From an uncultured Desulfurococcales archaeon (lineage in GTDB: Archaea; Thermoproteota; Thermoprotei_A; CAZTBM01; SZUA-1508), in the NCBI GenBank assembly GCA_964611985.1, contig CAZTBM010000005.1, positions 12,403 through 76,402 of the forward strand: a DNA stretch of 64,000 nt, in the 5' to 3' direction. Made by a program: the position numbers and the translations under genes. Shown piece by piece: positions 27,772-36,873 of the stretch (positions within the stretch are counted from its first letter, which is position 1; every line of letters begins with the position of its first letter). A model generated the notes under the pieces. That model ran no database searches and was not told the origin of the DNA. It saw only the letters and a list, made by a program, of their open reading frames with translations.

Positions 27772-27984
27772 TTATATTATTGTATAGCTTACTTTCATCA
27801 TTGCCTCATCTATAGCTAGTAATGCTAAGGCATAAAGTTCCTTATGTGAGGGACTTCTATTATTAAGCTCTCGGAAGGATGCCACAATTTCCTTGAATAT
27901 TACTTTAACGAAGTCTATATTGAGTTTATTATACAGTTTTAGTGTTTGGAGCATTTGATATAAAATTTGGTATTCCGTGTCCAT
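27772..27984 (-). CDS. hypothetical small helical protein
   Basis: 70-aa ORF with no motif. Confidence 0.3.
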   Translation of the reverse strand: MDTEYQILYQMLQTLKLYNKLNIDFVKVIFKEIVASFRELNNRSPSHKELYALALLAIDEAMMKVSYTII

Positions 27985-28070
27985 ATAATCTATGCCTAGA
28001 GTTTTTGTTTAGGAAGAATTAGATTAATTTAAAGAAAAACTCTGATTGGTTGTTATTATTTTATTTTATT

Positions 28071-28361
28071 TTACTTTTTGAGTATTGTTATTTCGATTGT
28101 TGATACTCTTGATTGTCTTCCCTCTGGTCCTTGTACTGTTTGGCTGCCGATCTTGATCTCCTTTACCTCTATTTGTCCTGGTAGGAATCTGTTTCTTACT
28201 ATCTCTACTGTGTCTACTGCTTTGCTTATTGCTCTTCCTCTAGCCTTTACTACGATCTCGTTTACTCCCTGGTTTAGTAGAGTTAGAGTTGCTAATACGT
28301 AGTTCATTACGGGCTTCTTTCCAACTAATACTACATTGCTTGGGGCTGGAGCTTCTGCCAT
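28071..28361 (-). CDS. albA: chromatin protein Alba (Sso10b family)
   Basis: [51 protein letters not shown] is the Alba signature, and the 96-aa size fits. Confidence 0.9.
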   Translation of the reverse strand: MAEAPAPSNVVLVGKKPVMNYVLATLTLLNQGVNEIVVKARGRAISKAVDTVEIVRNRFLPGQIEVKEIKIGSQTVQGPEGRQSRVSTIEITILKK

Positions 28362-28482
28362 TGCTAAAACCTCTAGGTTGTTGTCGTAGGCTCTTTTAGA
28401 TTATACTCAGATATAAAGTTTACCATAGAAACTCTTAGTGACTATTAATTCTCTAGTACACAATAGGTTATTTAGAGCATGT

Positions 28483-30738
28483 TTAGGCTATTGCTTCACC
28501 ATACGGTTTTTCCTCAATTTCGACTTTAATTCCCTTTAGTATCTCTTCCAGTATTCTTATCGCTCCTTTACGTGACAATAGTCTATTATTATTACCGCAG
28601 TATGGTGTATAAATACATCTGGGGCACCCATCTACACATGAGCATGAAGTTAGCATCTTATATGCTCTCTTTAGGGCTACCTCAAAATTGGAATATAGTA
28701 GTTTTGAAAGTCCACTTCCACCAGGGTTGCTATCATAAACTATTATGTGTCCCGAGGGGTAACTTAATCCTCCAAGATCACTTGGAGAGGCACCAATGAT
28801 AGTTTGAGCTGCCAGTATGATTGCATGTTCAAAAGCGTGATATGCCTTTATTGCATATTCTATGTTCCAATCTTCGATTTGAGGAAGCCTAAATGTCAAT
28901 GCTTTAGTCTTAAATGTGTACTTTATTGGTTTACTTAGTATACTCTCTCCTATGGTTTCATATGACCTATAATCTTTAACTATGAATCCGTATACTTCCT
29001 CTGTAATTTCTATGTCTGCATATTCTATATCCATACCGTATTCTGTACTTCTTCGACTAATCTTCTCAATGGCATTCACTTCTCCAGTGTATAGGGCTAC
29101 AGTATAGTATGGTATAGTATAGGGTAGCTTTTTTACTATGGCTCTTCTCTTATTAATGTCGAAATCTAAAGACTCGTAAAGTTCGCCACCTAAGAGATAT
29201 ATTGCATGTGGATGTAACTCTTTCATAGCCATTGGCATTTCGCGAAAACCTAAATATACTCCCCTATCATCAAATATTGATATTATTATACCGGCCCCTC
29301 TTAGACTGATATTTTCTCGAACAAATCTTATGGCCTCTCTTGTAGGTATGATATATTTCCCTCTACGAGTCAAATAACCTTCTCTTATGAGGTCCCCTGT
29401 GACCTTTTTTGTAAAATCGTCTAACTCCTCTATTCTAATCCATTTATCTCTACTCATACTTATGATTTGGATTCTTGCTACTTCTTCATTTCTTAGTTCT
29501 AACGCTACGTCATCTGGTTTCGAGTTAAAGAATTCAGTAGGATAATTCTCGTAGTAATAACTTATGGGATCTTCACCGAGTATTGTAAAGACATACGATT
29601 TTTGACCTCTTCTACCACATCTACCTATTCTTTGAAGATATCTGGAAAATGTTGGCGGTATATTAACGAGTATTACTGAATCTAAATCTCCTATGTCGAT
29701 ACCAAGTTCTAAGGTGGGTGTTGCCACTACAGCTTTAATAAGCCCTTTCTTGAAGTATTGTTCTACAGTGATCCTAAAGTCTATTCTTAAACCAGCTCTG
29801 TGAACTTCAAGAGGTACATTTCTCTCTGTAGCCATCCTCTTGAGTAATTCTACAGTCTTATGACTATCAGCAAATATTATTGTTTTCAGATTATGCTCAA
29901 GGAGAACTCTGAGTAGTTCTATTGCTTCAGCTAAGCGAGATCTATAAAGAGGCCTTAACATTACATGGTAAATTGGCCCTCTCTTTCCTTTATTTGAAGA
30001 AACTAATTCGACTTTTTCAGAGAATAATTTTGATGCATGTTCTATGGGATTGCCTATGGTTGCTGATGATCCTATGAGAATCGGCCTATCCCTTATTATT
30101 CTCTTTAACCTTCTGATAATGTATGCTACATGACAGCCGAAAACACCTTCATAGGTGTGTAACTCATCTAGAACAATAAACTTTACATTTTGGATAAGCT
30201 CCCTAAATTTACGGACTTCCTGTAATGCTATATGTATCATGTCAGGATTTGTTATTAGGATTTGCGGTGGTTTCTCATATATTCTCCTTCTCTCCTTTTG
30301 CGGTGTGTCACCATCATATATTGCACTGTAGAGGCCAAACATAGGTCCTATTAGTTTCTCTATTTTCCTATACTGGTCTCTTGCTAGAGCCTTTGTAGGA
30401 TAGATTATCAATGCAGTAGTACATGGAGGTTTACGAGTTAAGATGTAGTCAAGTATTGGTAATAGGAAAGCTTCTGTTTTACCTGCACCCGTACCTGCAG
30501 TTATAACTATTGATGACCCATCTTTGATTTTCTTTATTGCTTCAAATTGAAACTTGTATAGTCTCGATATTCCAAGCTTTTTGAGTCTATCCTTCAGCAC
30601 AGGATTTATATCCAATTCGTCGACTGGTGGTCCATACTCTGGTTCCATGGAGGGCTCGTAATGTATGTAGACTATTCTATGGGCTTCATCAGCTTTAATC
30701 TCTTCTATCACTTCATCTACTGGGGGTAACGTACTCAT
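28483..30738 (-). CDS. DEAD/DEAH-box helicase with C-terminal DUF1998 Cys-cluster domain (YprA/MrfA, COG1205-like)
   Basis: Motif I AGTGAGKTEAF, motif II VLDELH, SSAT, motif VI QRIGRCGRRG, and C-terminal CSCVDGCPRCIYTPYCGNNN. Confidence 0.85.
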   Translation of the reverse strand: MSTLPPVDEVIEEIKADEAHRIVYIHYEPSMEPEYGPPVDELDINPVLKDRLKKLGISRLYKFQFEAIKKIKDGSSIVITAGTGAGKTEAFLLPILDYILTRKPPCTTALIIYPTKALARDQYRKIEKLIGPMFGLYSAIYDGDTPQKERRRIYEKPPQILITNPDMIHIALQEVRKFRELIQNVKFIVLDELHTYEGVFGCHVAYIIRRLKRIIRDRPILIGSSATIGNPIEHASKLFSEKVELVSSNKGKRGPIYHVMLRPLYRSRLAEAIELLRVLLEHNLKTIIFADSHKTVELLKRMATERNVPLEVHRAGLRIDFRITVEQYFKKGLIKAVVATPTLELGIDIGDLDSVILVNIPPTFSRYLQRIGRCGRRGQKSYVFTILGEDPISYYYENYPTEFFNSKPDDVALELRNEEVARIQIISMSRDKWIRIEELDDFTKKVTGDLIREGYLTRRGKYIIPTREAIRFVRENISLRGAGIIISIFDDRGVYLGFREMPMAMKELHPHAIYLLGGELYESLDFDINKRRAIVKKLPYTIPYYTVALYTGEVNAIEKISRRSTEYGMDIEYADIEITEEVYGFIVKDYRSYETIGESILSKPIKYTFKTKALTFRLPQIEDWNIEYAIKAYHAFEHAIILAAQTIIGASPSDLGGLSYPSGHIIVYDSNPGGSGLSKLLYSNFEVALKRAYKMLTSCSCVDGCPRCIYTPYCGNNNRLLSRKGAIRILEEILKGIKVEIEEKPYGEAIA

Positions 30739-30756
30739 TAAGGGTTATTCCCCTAT

Positions 30757-30921
30757 TCATTCTTTTACTCCATGGTATACTAATGCTTTAGAGTGGGGTA
30801 AGTGAACGGCTTCTTCAACCCTAATACCTACTTTACTTAGAGTTACGTATATTCTCTCCTGCCAAACCCTATGCATTCCAGCAAACACCGATATTGTACC
30901 ACCATTCTTAAGTAGCCTAGC
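30757..30921 (-). pseudogene. C-terminal fragment of a disrupted class I SAM-dependent methyltransferase
   Basis: The frame reads ARLLKNGGTISVFAGMHRVWQERIYVTLSKVGIRVEEAVHLPHSKALVYHGVKE*. It continues the N-fragment that ends ...SFLAKLARVL at 32290. An in-frame TGA lies just upstream and there is no start codon. Confidence 0.65.
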
Positions 30922-30938
30922 GTAGCAGTTTCATTTTT

Positions 30939-30957
30939 CGTAAGCTTTAATAGACAT
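30939..30957. repeat. terminal inverted repeat, gene-distal (3') end of the element
   Basis: CGTAAGCTTTAATAGACAT on the plus strand. It overlaps the TnpB-like stop codon. Confidence 0.55.
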
Positions 30958-31975
30958 TTATGGATTTAAGTGCTCTATACGCCAGTATGTATGCTGATAC
31001 TGTATGTGTATCAAGCCTTAGTTTTCTGGCTATTAGCTCAGCATCTTGTGAAGAAAATGCAGGATTTACCTCGCAAAATTTCTTACCTCTCTTCGCTACC
31101 ATTACCTTAGCATGAGTAAGTAATTGTTTCTTAGAGAACTTACTCAACTTTCTATTAATATTTTTATTAGATGTCTTCTTTCTCTTTATCTTTCCTAATT
31201 TCTCAAATACGAAGTACTCGACATCATGGTAACATGCATAATCTATCAACTCTGATAGAGCTTTAAGTCTGATATCCTTAGCTTTCTCCTTAGGAAAGCC
31301 ATGTTGTGTAACTTCTGGGAAATGTTTAACTTTGAAATCCAATAGTTCTCCATTACTGTTAATTATAGCCATGTTTATTCTATCCGTATTTAAATCGAAG
31401 CCAGCAACATGCAGAGATTTTCCTTTTCTGCCAACCTTCTTACCTAGATATTTGGCGTATAGTTCAAGTGGAACATATACATGTATTTTATAATATTCTC
31501 CAATCTCGACTCCATAGCTTACATTCCTCCTAGATAGCTCTTTCAATAGCGGAATGTATCTTTTGCCAAATTTCGCTTTACATTCTATCCATTCATGTCT
31601 TCCATTTGCATGTGGTATCTTTATCTTAACAATAAAGTAATTATCCGAGGGAATTAACCTAATATTCCTGTTCCCCTTTTCAGCGGATTTTCCAACACTG
31701 AAAAGGAACTTTTTCCTTAATTTCAAATAGGGCTGGTTTTCCCACAGCTTAGCTCTTTGGTATGCTGAATGCCCATAGTGTGCGTTAGAGATAAAAGACG
31801 TTAATCTCTTCTCGATATCCTTCCAAGCTAATCCTTTCCTTGTTAAATAATGTGCCATTTTAACCGCATCTCTGAATAGCCTCATGGTATATAGTAATTT
31901 ACTCCTAGCTATATTATCCATAATCAGTAGTTTTCCATTTACTGCTAAGTACTCTTTCCGTGCTTTTCTAGCCAT
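30947..31975 (-). CDS. TnpB-like (IS200/IS605 OrfB family) RuvC-fold protein lacking the zinc-ribbon
   Basis: RuvC-I HVAGFDLNTD, RuvC-II YFVFEKLGKIK, then LSKFSKKQLL...KFCEVNPAFSSQ (TnpB pattern vdPayTSq). The CxxC...CxxC segment is replaced by AELIARKLRL before DTHTVSAYILAYRAL (RuvC-III-like). Confidence 0.7.
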   Translation of the reverse strand: MARKARKEYLAVNGKLLIMDNIARSKLLYTMRLFRDAVKMAHYLTRKGLAWKDIEKRLTSFISNAHYGHSAYQRAKLWENQPYLKLRKKFLFSVGKSAEKGNRNIRLIPSDNYFIVKIKIPHANGRHEWIECKAKFGKRYIPLLKELSRRNVSYGVEIGEYYKIHVYVPLELYAKYLGKKVGRKGKSLHVAGFDLNTDRINMAIINSNGELLDFKVKHFPEVTQHGFPKEKAKDIRLKALSELIDYACYHDVEYFVFEKLGKIKRKKTSNKNINRKLSKFSKKQLLTHAKVMVAKRGKKFCEVNPAFSSQDAELIARKLRLDTHTVSAYILAYRALKSINVY

Positions 31976-32097
31976 AATCTTATCGCCTCTTCAACGGCTT
32001 CTGCTAATGCCCCCTTCTTAACCCCTTTCACTTCCAAAACTTTTCTTCTAAATTCTATTGCTAGATCTTTATCGATTTTAACATGGATTATACTCAT
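31945..32097 (-). CDS. ribbon-helix-helix (CopG/Arc-like) DNA-binding protein
   Basis: MSIIHVKIDKDLAIEFRRKVLEVKGVKKGALAEAVEEAIRLWLEKHGKST shows a beta-strand, helix, Gly, helix pattern. The track ORF extends to 32133, but the internal ATG at 32097 is more plausible. Its 3' end overlaps the TnpB-like ORF. Confidence 0.55.
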   Translation of the reverse strand: MSIIHVKIDKDLAIEFRRKVLEVKGVKKGALAEAVEEAIRLWLEKHGKST

Positions 32098-32257
32098 ACA
32101 CTCAAACACCAAAATACTAATATAAGGCAACACTTATGAATTCTTCGGGTAAGCGAGACTGATGATGCATCGAGGTCAATGAGAATTAATGCACCCACAT
32201 TCGCCGAGGGAGGAAGACCTCCGTAGGAGGGTGTGGGGAAATTCAGGGGTAATGAAT

Positions 32258-32289
32258 ACTTACGTAGGTCTATTAATGTCTACGTAAGT
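32258..32289. repeat. hairpin at the gene-proximal end of the element
   Basis: Perfect 10-bp arms ACTTACGTAG (32258-32267) and CTACGTAAGT (32280-32289) separated by 12 nt, lying exactly at the junction with the methyltransferase sequence. Confidence 0.55.
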
Positions 32290-32841
32290 AAGAACCCTAG
32301 CTAGTTTGGCAAGAAAACTCTCACTATATAATCTCGGATTTTTATTAGGATTCGGACCCCCATCATGGATTATATGATCAAAAACGTCGGGTATCATATC
32401 AACTGCTTTAAGAGCATCAGCCCATGCAACTTTTACTACATTACTATTTAGCGCTTGCATATATTCCTTGATAGGGTTTGAGAATAAAGCTATAGCCAAC
32501 ATAGTTAATGACTTGTCCAATGATAAGTAAAGTGAGGGTGAAGTATTCTTTACTACAATGAAACATGTTCTACCTAAACCTGTACCTACCTCTAACACTT
32601 TTGGTTTAGACTTGACAACCTCAACCCATGATATAATTACCCCTGCAAAGTTCATTTCCAAAATGTTCAGCTCGCCACCTTTATAGCCTAAACCACCAGT
32701 TATTTCATCAATTATCCTTAACTTTTCACCATAGTCTATATGAGCTATATATTTTAGATAATACTGTCTAGCTTTGGCCCTAGTAATTTTATCAGCTGTA
32801 TTGTAATCTCCTTGTTGCAGGTACTTGTATATCTCGTTCAC
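32260..32841 (-). pseudogene. N-terminal fragment of a disrupted class I SAM-dependent methyltransferase
   Basis: Motif I LEVGTGLGRT and post-I/IV region FDHIIHDGGPNP...SFLAKLARVL. The frame then reads 9 element-derived codons (TYVDINRPT) to a stop. The expected LKxGG motif is missing here and is found in the fragment at 30757-30921. Confidence 0.7.
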
Positions 32842-32920
32842 AACACTTTTCCCAATGAAGAATTAGGAATGAGATTTTTATAAAGTGTAGACTTGACCAG
32901 TTAATTGTTTGTATTATTAA

Positions 32921-35900
32921 GTGCTAACACTTAATATTCTTAAACTTAAGGTTAATGCGTTATTGGTGTACAGTGACTTGATACCACACATAATATTGGG
33001 CTTTTGCCCTAATTGTAATGGTGATATTGAAGCATCAAGGTTAAGGTACGGATTACCCTGTAGTAAATGTTTACCACTGAGCAGAGAAGAGTATGAAAAA
33101 CTGATTAGTTTCGAGAGAGAGGAGAGACTAAATAAGGTACTTAATCTTTTACATAAGAATGGTAATGTAGGCAACTTGTGGAGATTATGGTTTATTGAGG
33201 AAGAATTAAAATCATTTAGTGAGTTCTTTGAAAAGGCGACTAAAAGAAGATTGTGGAGTATTCAGCGAACATGGGCTCGCAGATTATTCCTCGGTGAAAG
33301 CTTTGCAATAATTGCTCCGACTGGTGTGGGTAAAACCACGTTCCTCTCTGCATTTACTTTATATTATGCACTTAAAGGTAAAAAAGTCTACTTTATAGTG
33401 CCTACTAGAGTTCTTCTAAAACAGGTTTATGAGAAGATCTTAAGAATGCTAGAAAATGTTAACTGCCAGCTTAAGATAATAGCTTTAGGCATAAATAATA
33501 TAAATAAAGCTGAATTGGACATCTCAAAGTATGATGTAGTAATATCTTCTGCAACTTATTTATCTAGAAATTTCAAACTATTCACTAGTAGCAAATTTGA
33601 CCTGATAATAGTTGATGATGTCGATGCTCTTCTTAAAAACTCAAAAAATGTTGATAGAGTACTCTTATTACTAGGTTTTAATCAAGACGTGATAGACAAG
33701 GCATATAAACTCGTTATTGCGAAAATCAACCTATTTAAAGCATTGTCTGAAGGTAACAATGAGAATTATAAGAAGTATAAAGAGAAAGTTGAATCACTGA
33801 GAGTTGAAATAGATAAATTCCTTTCAGAGAATAATGTTGGCCAGTTGATAGTATCTAGTGCTACAGGTCGTAGTAGAGGATTAAAGGCTAAAGTATTTAA
33901 GGAGTTATTAGGCTTCGAAGCAGGTTGTGTAATGGAGTACTTAAGAAACGTAACAGACGTGTATGATGAAGCACATAGCCTTAATGAGATGATAGATAAA
34001 ACTATCAGATATGTTAAAATGTTTGGTAAAGGAGGATTAGTGTTTGTAGCACATGACTTAGGGCTTAAAGTCGCTTATATGATCAGAGATAGGCTTGCAG
34101 AGAATGGTGTTAAAGCAGAATTAGCGGCTTCAGGAAGAAGAGGCTACATTGAAAAGTTTAGTCATGGCGAAGTAGAGGTACTTGTAGGTGTCGCTTCATA
34201 CTATGGTGTTATTGTTAGAGGCTTAGACTTACCTCACATAGTTAGATATGCTATTTTCGTCGGTGTACCAAAGTTCAAGATAGACTTCACAAAAACTATA
34301 AGAAACCCCATTAAGCTATTCACAGTCATAAGCATACTCATAGACCTTGTTAATAATGATGGTGACAAAGCAAAACTTGTTGAATATTCAAATAAGCTAA
34401 AGAAACTACTATTCAAGTTAAGCTATAGCGAGATCAGACTAGTACATAAAGCGCTTGAAGGCAAAATAAATGTTGAAGGATACTTAAGGAAAGTTAAAGA
34501 GTTCCTCGAAGAAATAGGAAATTATGTAAATAAGCTTGTCAACACTTATGAGGTTAAAGAGAAGCTCGTTAGAAGCAATAGAATAACAGTTATAGATGAT
34601 AATGGCAAACTTTACGTTGTTGTACCTGATTACTTAACATATATTCAGGCAAGTGGTAGGACGTCACGATTATTCTCTAATGGTATGACCAAGGGCTTAG
34701 CTTTGACATTAGTTGACGATATGAGAGTTTATAATTTGTTACTTGAACAACTCTTACTCCACATAGACTCATTTAGTGCAAAACATGTGTCTGAAGTCAA
34801 CCTAGAAAAACTATTCAATGAGATAGATAGGGATAGAGAAATAGTAAAGGAAATGTTGATTAATGATACAGGAGTTAAAGTAAAAGATCCATTAAAGAGC
34901 GCTTTACTCATAGTGGAATCGCCTAACAAAGCCAGAACTATAGCTAGCTTCTTTGGTAAGCCTTCAAAAAGGAGATTTGGCAAGATAGTAGTTTACGAGG
35001 TTGTATTAGGCGATCCCATGTTAGGTACAGAGGACTACATGCTATCAATAGTTGCAACAAGAGGACATATACTTGACCTAACAACAGACAATAAAGGGTA
35101 CCATGGTGTACTACTAGAACCCGAAATAATGCCCATATACGAGACCATAAAGAGATGTCGATCCTGTGGATACCAATTCACTAAAGGAGACATTTGTCCA
35201 CGCTGTAAATCAAGTAATATCAGAGATTCTATTGAAATAGTACACCTACTAAGAAAGTTAGCCATGGAAGTAGATGTAGTGTTTATAGGTACAGACCCTG
35301 ATACTGAAGGAGAGAAGATAGCTTGGGATGTTTATGTGTCAATTCAACCTTATGCAAAGAACGTATATAGAGTGGAGTTTCATGAAATCACAAGAAATGC
35401 TATCGTATGCGCACTTACTAATCCTAGAATGATAGATGAGAAGCTTGTTGAGGCTCAGATTGTTCGTAGGGTTGAGGATCGTTGGATTGGTTTTGAGCTT
35501 TCATCTAGGTTGTGGAGGGTTTTCGGAAAACACTGGCTATCAGCAGGAAGAGTACAAACACCAGTACTAGGATGGATAATACAAAGACAGAAAGAATGGA
35601 AAGAAGGAAGAAGAGTTTTTGTTAAGTTAAATTACGAAAAGGGGATATCAGTTACATTAGCATTAGAGCCTAAATTAAGGGCGGTAAAGGAGGAATTACC
35701 CAAATTAAACAGAGCAAACATACTTCACATAGAGGATTATATTGAAGAGAAAAATCCGCCTCCACCATATACGACTGATAGTATATTATTCGATGCCTCT
35801 TGGAAATTAAGACTAGACGCAACTAAGGCCATGAAGATACTTCAAGAACTATTCGAAGCCGGATTAATAACTTATCATAGAACTGATAGTATTCATGTGT

Positions 35901-36715
35901 CAGGTAAAGGTTTCCAGATAGCTCAACAGTACTTAGCTTCACAGGGCTTACATCATCTTATTCAGAACAGGAGTTGGGGCCCTCATGGGACTCATGAGTG
36001 TATAAGACCCACGAGACCTATTGATGCGGAAACCTTGAGAAGAATGATTGTAGATGGAACCTTTAGAGTTCATGTTAGGCTATCTGAAATACATTTGAAG
36101 GTGTATGACTTGATCTTTACAAGGTTCATGGCAAGTCAAATGAAACAAGCAAAGGTGAAAAGAAGGAGGGTCATGCTTATGATAGGTGATAGAGTAGAGT
36201 CATTTGATGAAATAATTGATGTCTTAGAAGAAGGCTATACTCGCATATTAAGTGTTGACGTGAATAAGGAGTTGGAGAACCTGAGAGTTGGAGATATACT
36301 GAAACTGGTCGATTACACGGTATGGAAGGGCTCACTCTACCCGCTATATAAACAAGGTGACGTAGTAAAGTTGATGAAGGAGCGCGGTCTAGGTAGGCCG
36401 TCAACATACACAAAAATACTCGCATCATTATTACGACATGGATATCTATTTGAAACTAAGAGAAAATATCTCGTAGCCACGAAAATGGGCACTCTAGTAT
36501 ATGAATATTTAACAGCTAATTTTGACCAACTAGTTTCAGAGGAAAGAACAAGAATAGTTGAAGAAGTAATGAGGCTAATAGAAGAGGGCACCTTAAGCGC
36601 AAAACAAGTATTAAGAATGTTCCTAGAGGAGATCTCAAGCATAACAAGTGAAAAGCCGGAGAAAATAATAGACATAAGAGAAACCATATCTAAACTCTCA
36701 ATTACGGTTGCTTAG
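32921..36715 (+). CDS. rgy: reverse gyrase (helicase-like domain fused to type IA topoisomerase)
   Basis: N-terminal zinc finger CPNCNGDI...LPCSKC, helicase motif I APTGVGKTT and DDVD, a Toprim/topo IA part with IVESPNKARTI, a second zinc ribbon CRSCGY...CPRC, then TDPDTEGEKI and ITYHRTDS (catalytic Tyr). The true start is probably the TTG at 32978 (MIPHIILGFCPNC). Confidence 0.95.
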   Translation: MLTLNILKLKVNALLVYSDLIPHIILGFCPNCNGDIEASRLRYGLPCSKCLPLSREEYEKLISFEREERLNKVLNLLHKNGNVGNLWRLWFIEEELKSFSEFFEKATKRRLWSIQRTWARRLFLGESFAIIAPTGVGKTTFLSAFTLYYALKGKKVYFIVPTRVLLKQVYEKILRMLENVNCQLKIIALGINNINKAELDISKYDVVISSATYLSRNFKLFTSSKFDLIIVDDVDALLKNSKNVDRVLLLLGFNQDVIDKAYKLVIAKINLFKALSEGNNENYKKYKEKVESLRVEIDKFLSENNVGQLIVSSATGRSRGLKAKVFKELLGFEAGCVMEYLRNVTDVYDEAHSLNEMIDKTIRYVKMFGKGGLVFVAHDLGLKVAYMIRDRLAENGVKAELAASGRRGYIEKFSHGEVEVLVGVASYYGVIVRGLDLPHIVRYAIFVGVPKFKIDFTKTIRNPIKLFTVISILIDLVNNDGDKAKLVEYSNKLKKLLFKLSYSEIRLVHKALEGKINVEGYLRKVKEFLEEIGNYVNKLVNTYEVKEKLVRSNRITVIDDNGKLYVVVPDYLTYIQASGRTSRLFSNGMTKGLALTLVDDMRVYNLLLEQLLLHIDSFSAKHVSEVNLEKLFNEIDRDREIVKEMLINDTGVKVKDPLKSALLIVESPNKARTIASFFGKPSKRRFGKIVVYEVVLGDPMLGTEDYMLSIVATRGHILDLTTDNKGYHGVLLEPEIMPIYETIKRCRSCGYQFTKGDICPRCKSSNIRDSIEIVHLLRKLAMEVDVVFIGTDPDTEGEKIAWDVYVSIQPYAKNVYRVEFHEITRNAIVCALTNPRMIDEKLVEAQIVRRVEDRWIGFELSSRLWRVFGKHWLSAGRVQTPVLGWIIQRQKEWKEGRRVFVKLNYEKGISVTLALEPKLRAVKEELPKLNRANILHIEDYIEEKNPPPPYTTDSILFDASWKLRLDATKAMKILQELFEAGLITYHRTDSIHVSGKGFQIAQQYLASQGLHHLIQNRSWGPHGTHECIRPTRPIDAETLRRMIVDGTFRVHVRLSEIHLKVYDLIFTRFMASQMKQAKVKRRRVMLMIGDRVESFDEIIDVLEEGYTRILSVDVNKELENLRVGDILKLVDYTVWKGSLYPLYKQGDVVKLMKERGLGRPSTYTKILASLLRHGYLFETKRKYLVATKMGTLVYEYLTANFDQLVSEERTRIVEEVMRLIEEGTLSAKQVLRMFLEEISSITSEKPEKIIDIRETISKLSITVA

Positions 36716-36811
36716 ATCTAATATCCCAGTAAAGCGCAATGCCGCCAAGTTCCATGGTTATTAAGTCTAATACTAGATAGATTTATTTAGTTCATATTTT
36801 ACATTAAATCT

Positions 36812-36873
36812 CTGGTGATGTCCCCGGTTACATCTGAGACGATGAATATGATGAGGAGTTGCTCGACTGATTA
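36812..36873 (+). ncRNA. C/D box sRNA
   Basis: GTGATGT(C, 36815-21)-CCCCGGTTACAT(12)-CTGA(D')-GACGATGAAT-ATGATGA(C', 36848-54)-GGAGTTGCTCGA(12)-CTGA(D, 36867-70). It is intergenic, downstream of rgy. Confidence 0.6.

Larger units (their letters stand above)
30922..32289 (-). mobile_element. ~1.35-kb insertion element carrying an RHH gene and a TnpB-like gene, bounded by imperfect inverted repeats
   Basis: It interrupts the methyltransferase ORF. Terminal inverted repeats match at 15 of 19 positions: AGGTCTATTAATGTCTACG (32266-32284, plus strand) versus ATGTCTATTAAAGCTTACG (30957-30939, minus strand). An imperfect ~20-bp direct repeat of target sequence occurs at both junctions. Confidence 0.65.

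Noticed and set aside
32917-33174. 85-aa minus-strand ORF
   Set aside because: It is antisense to the reverse gyrase N-terminus.
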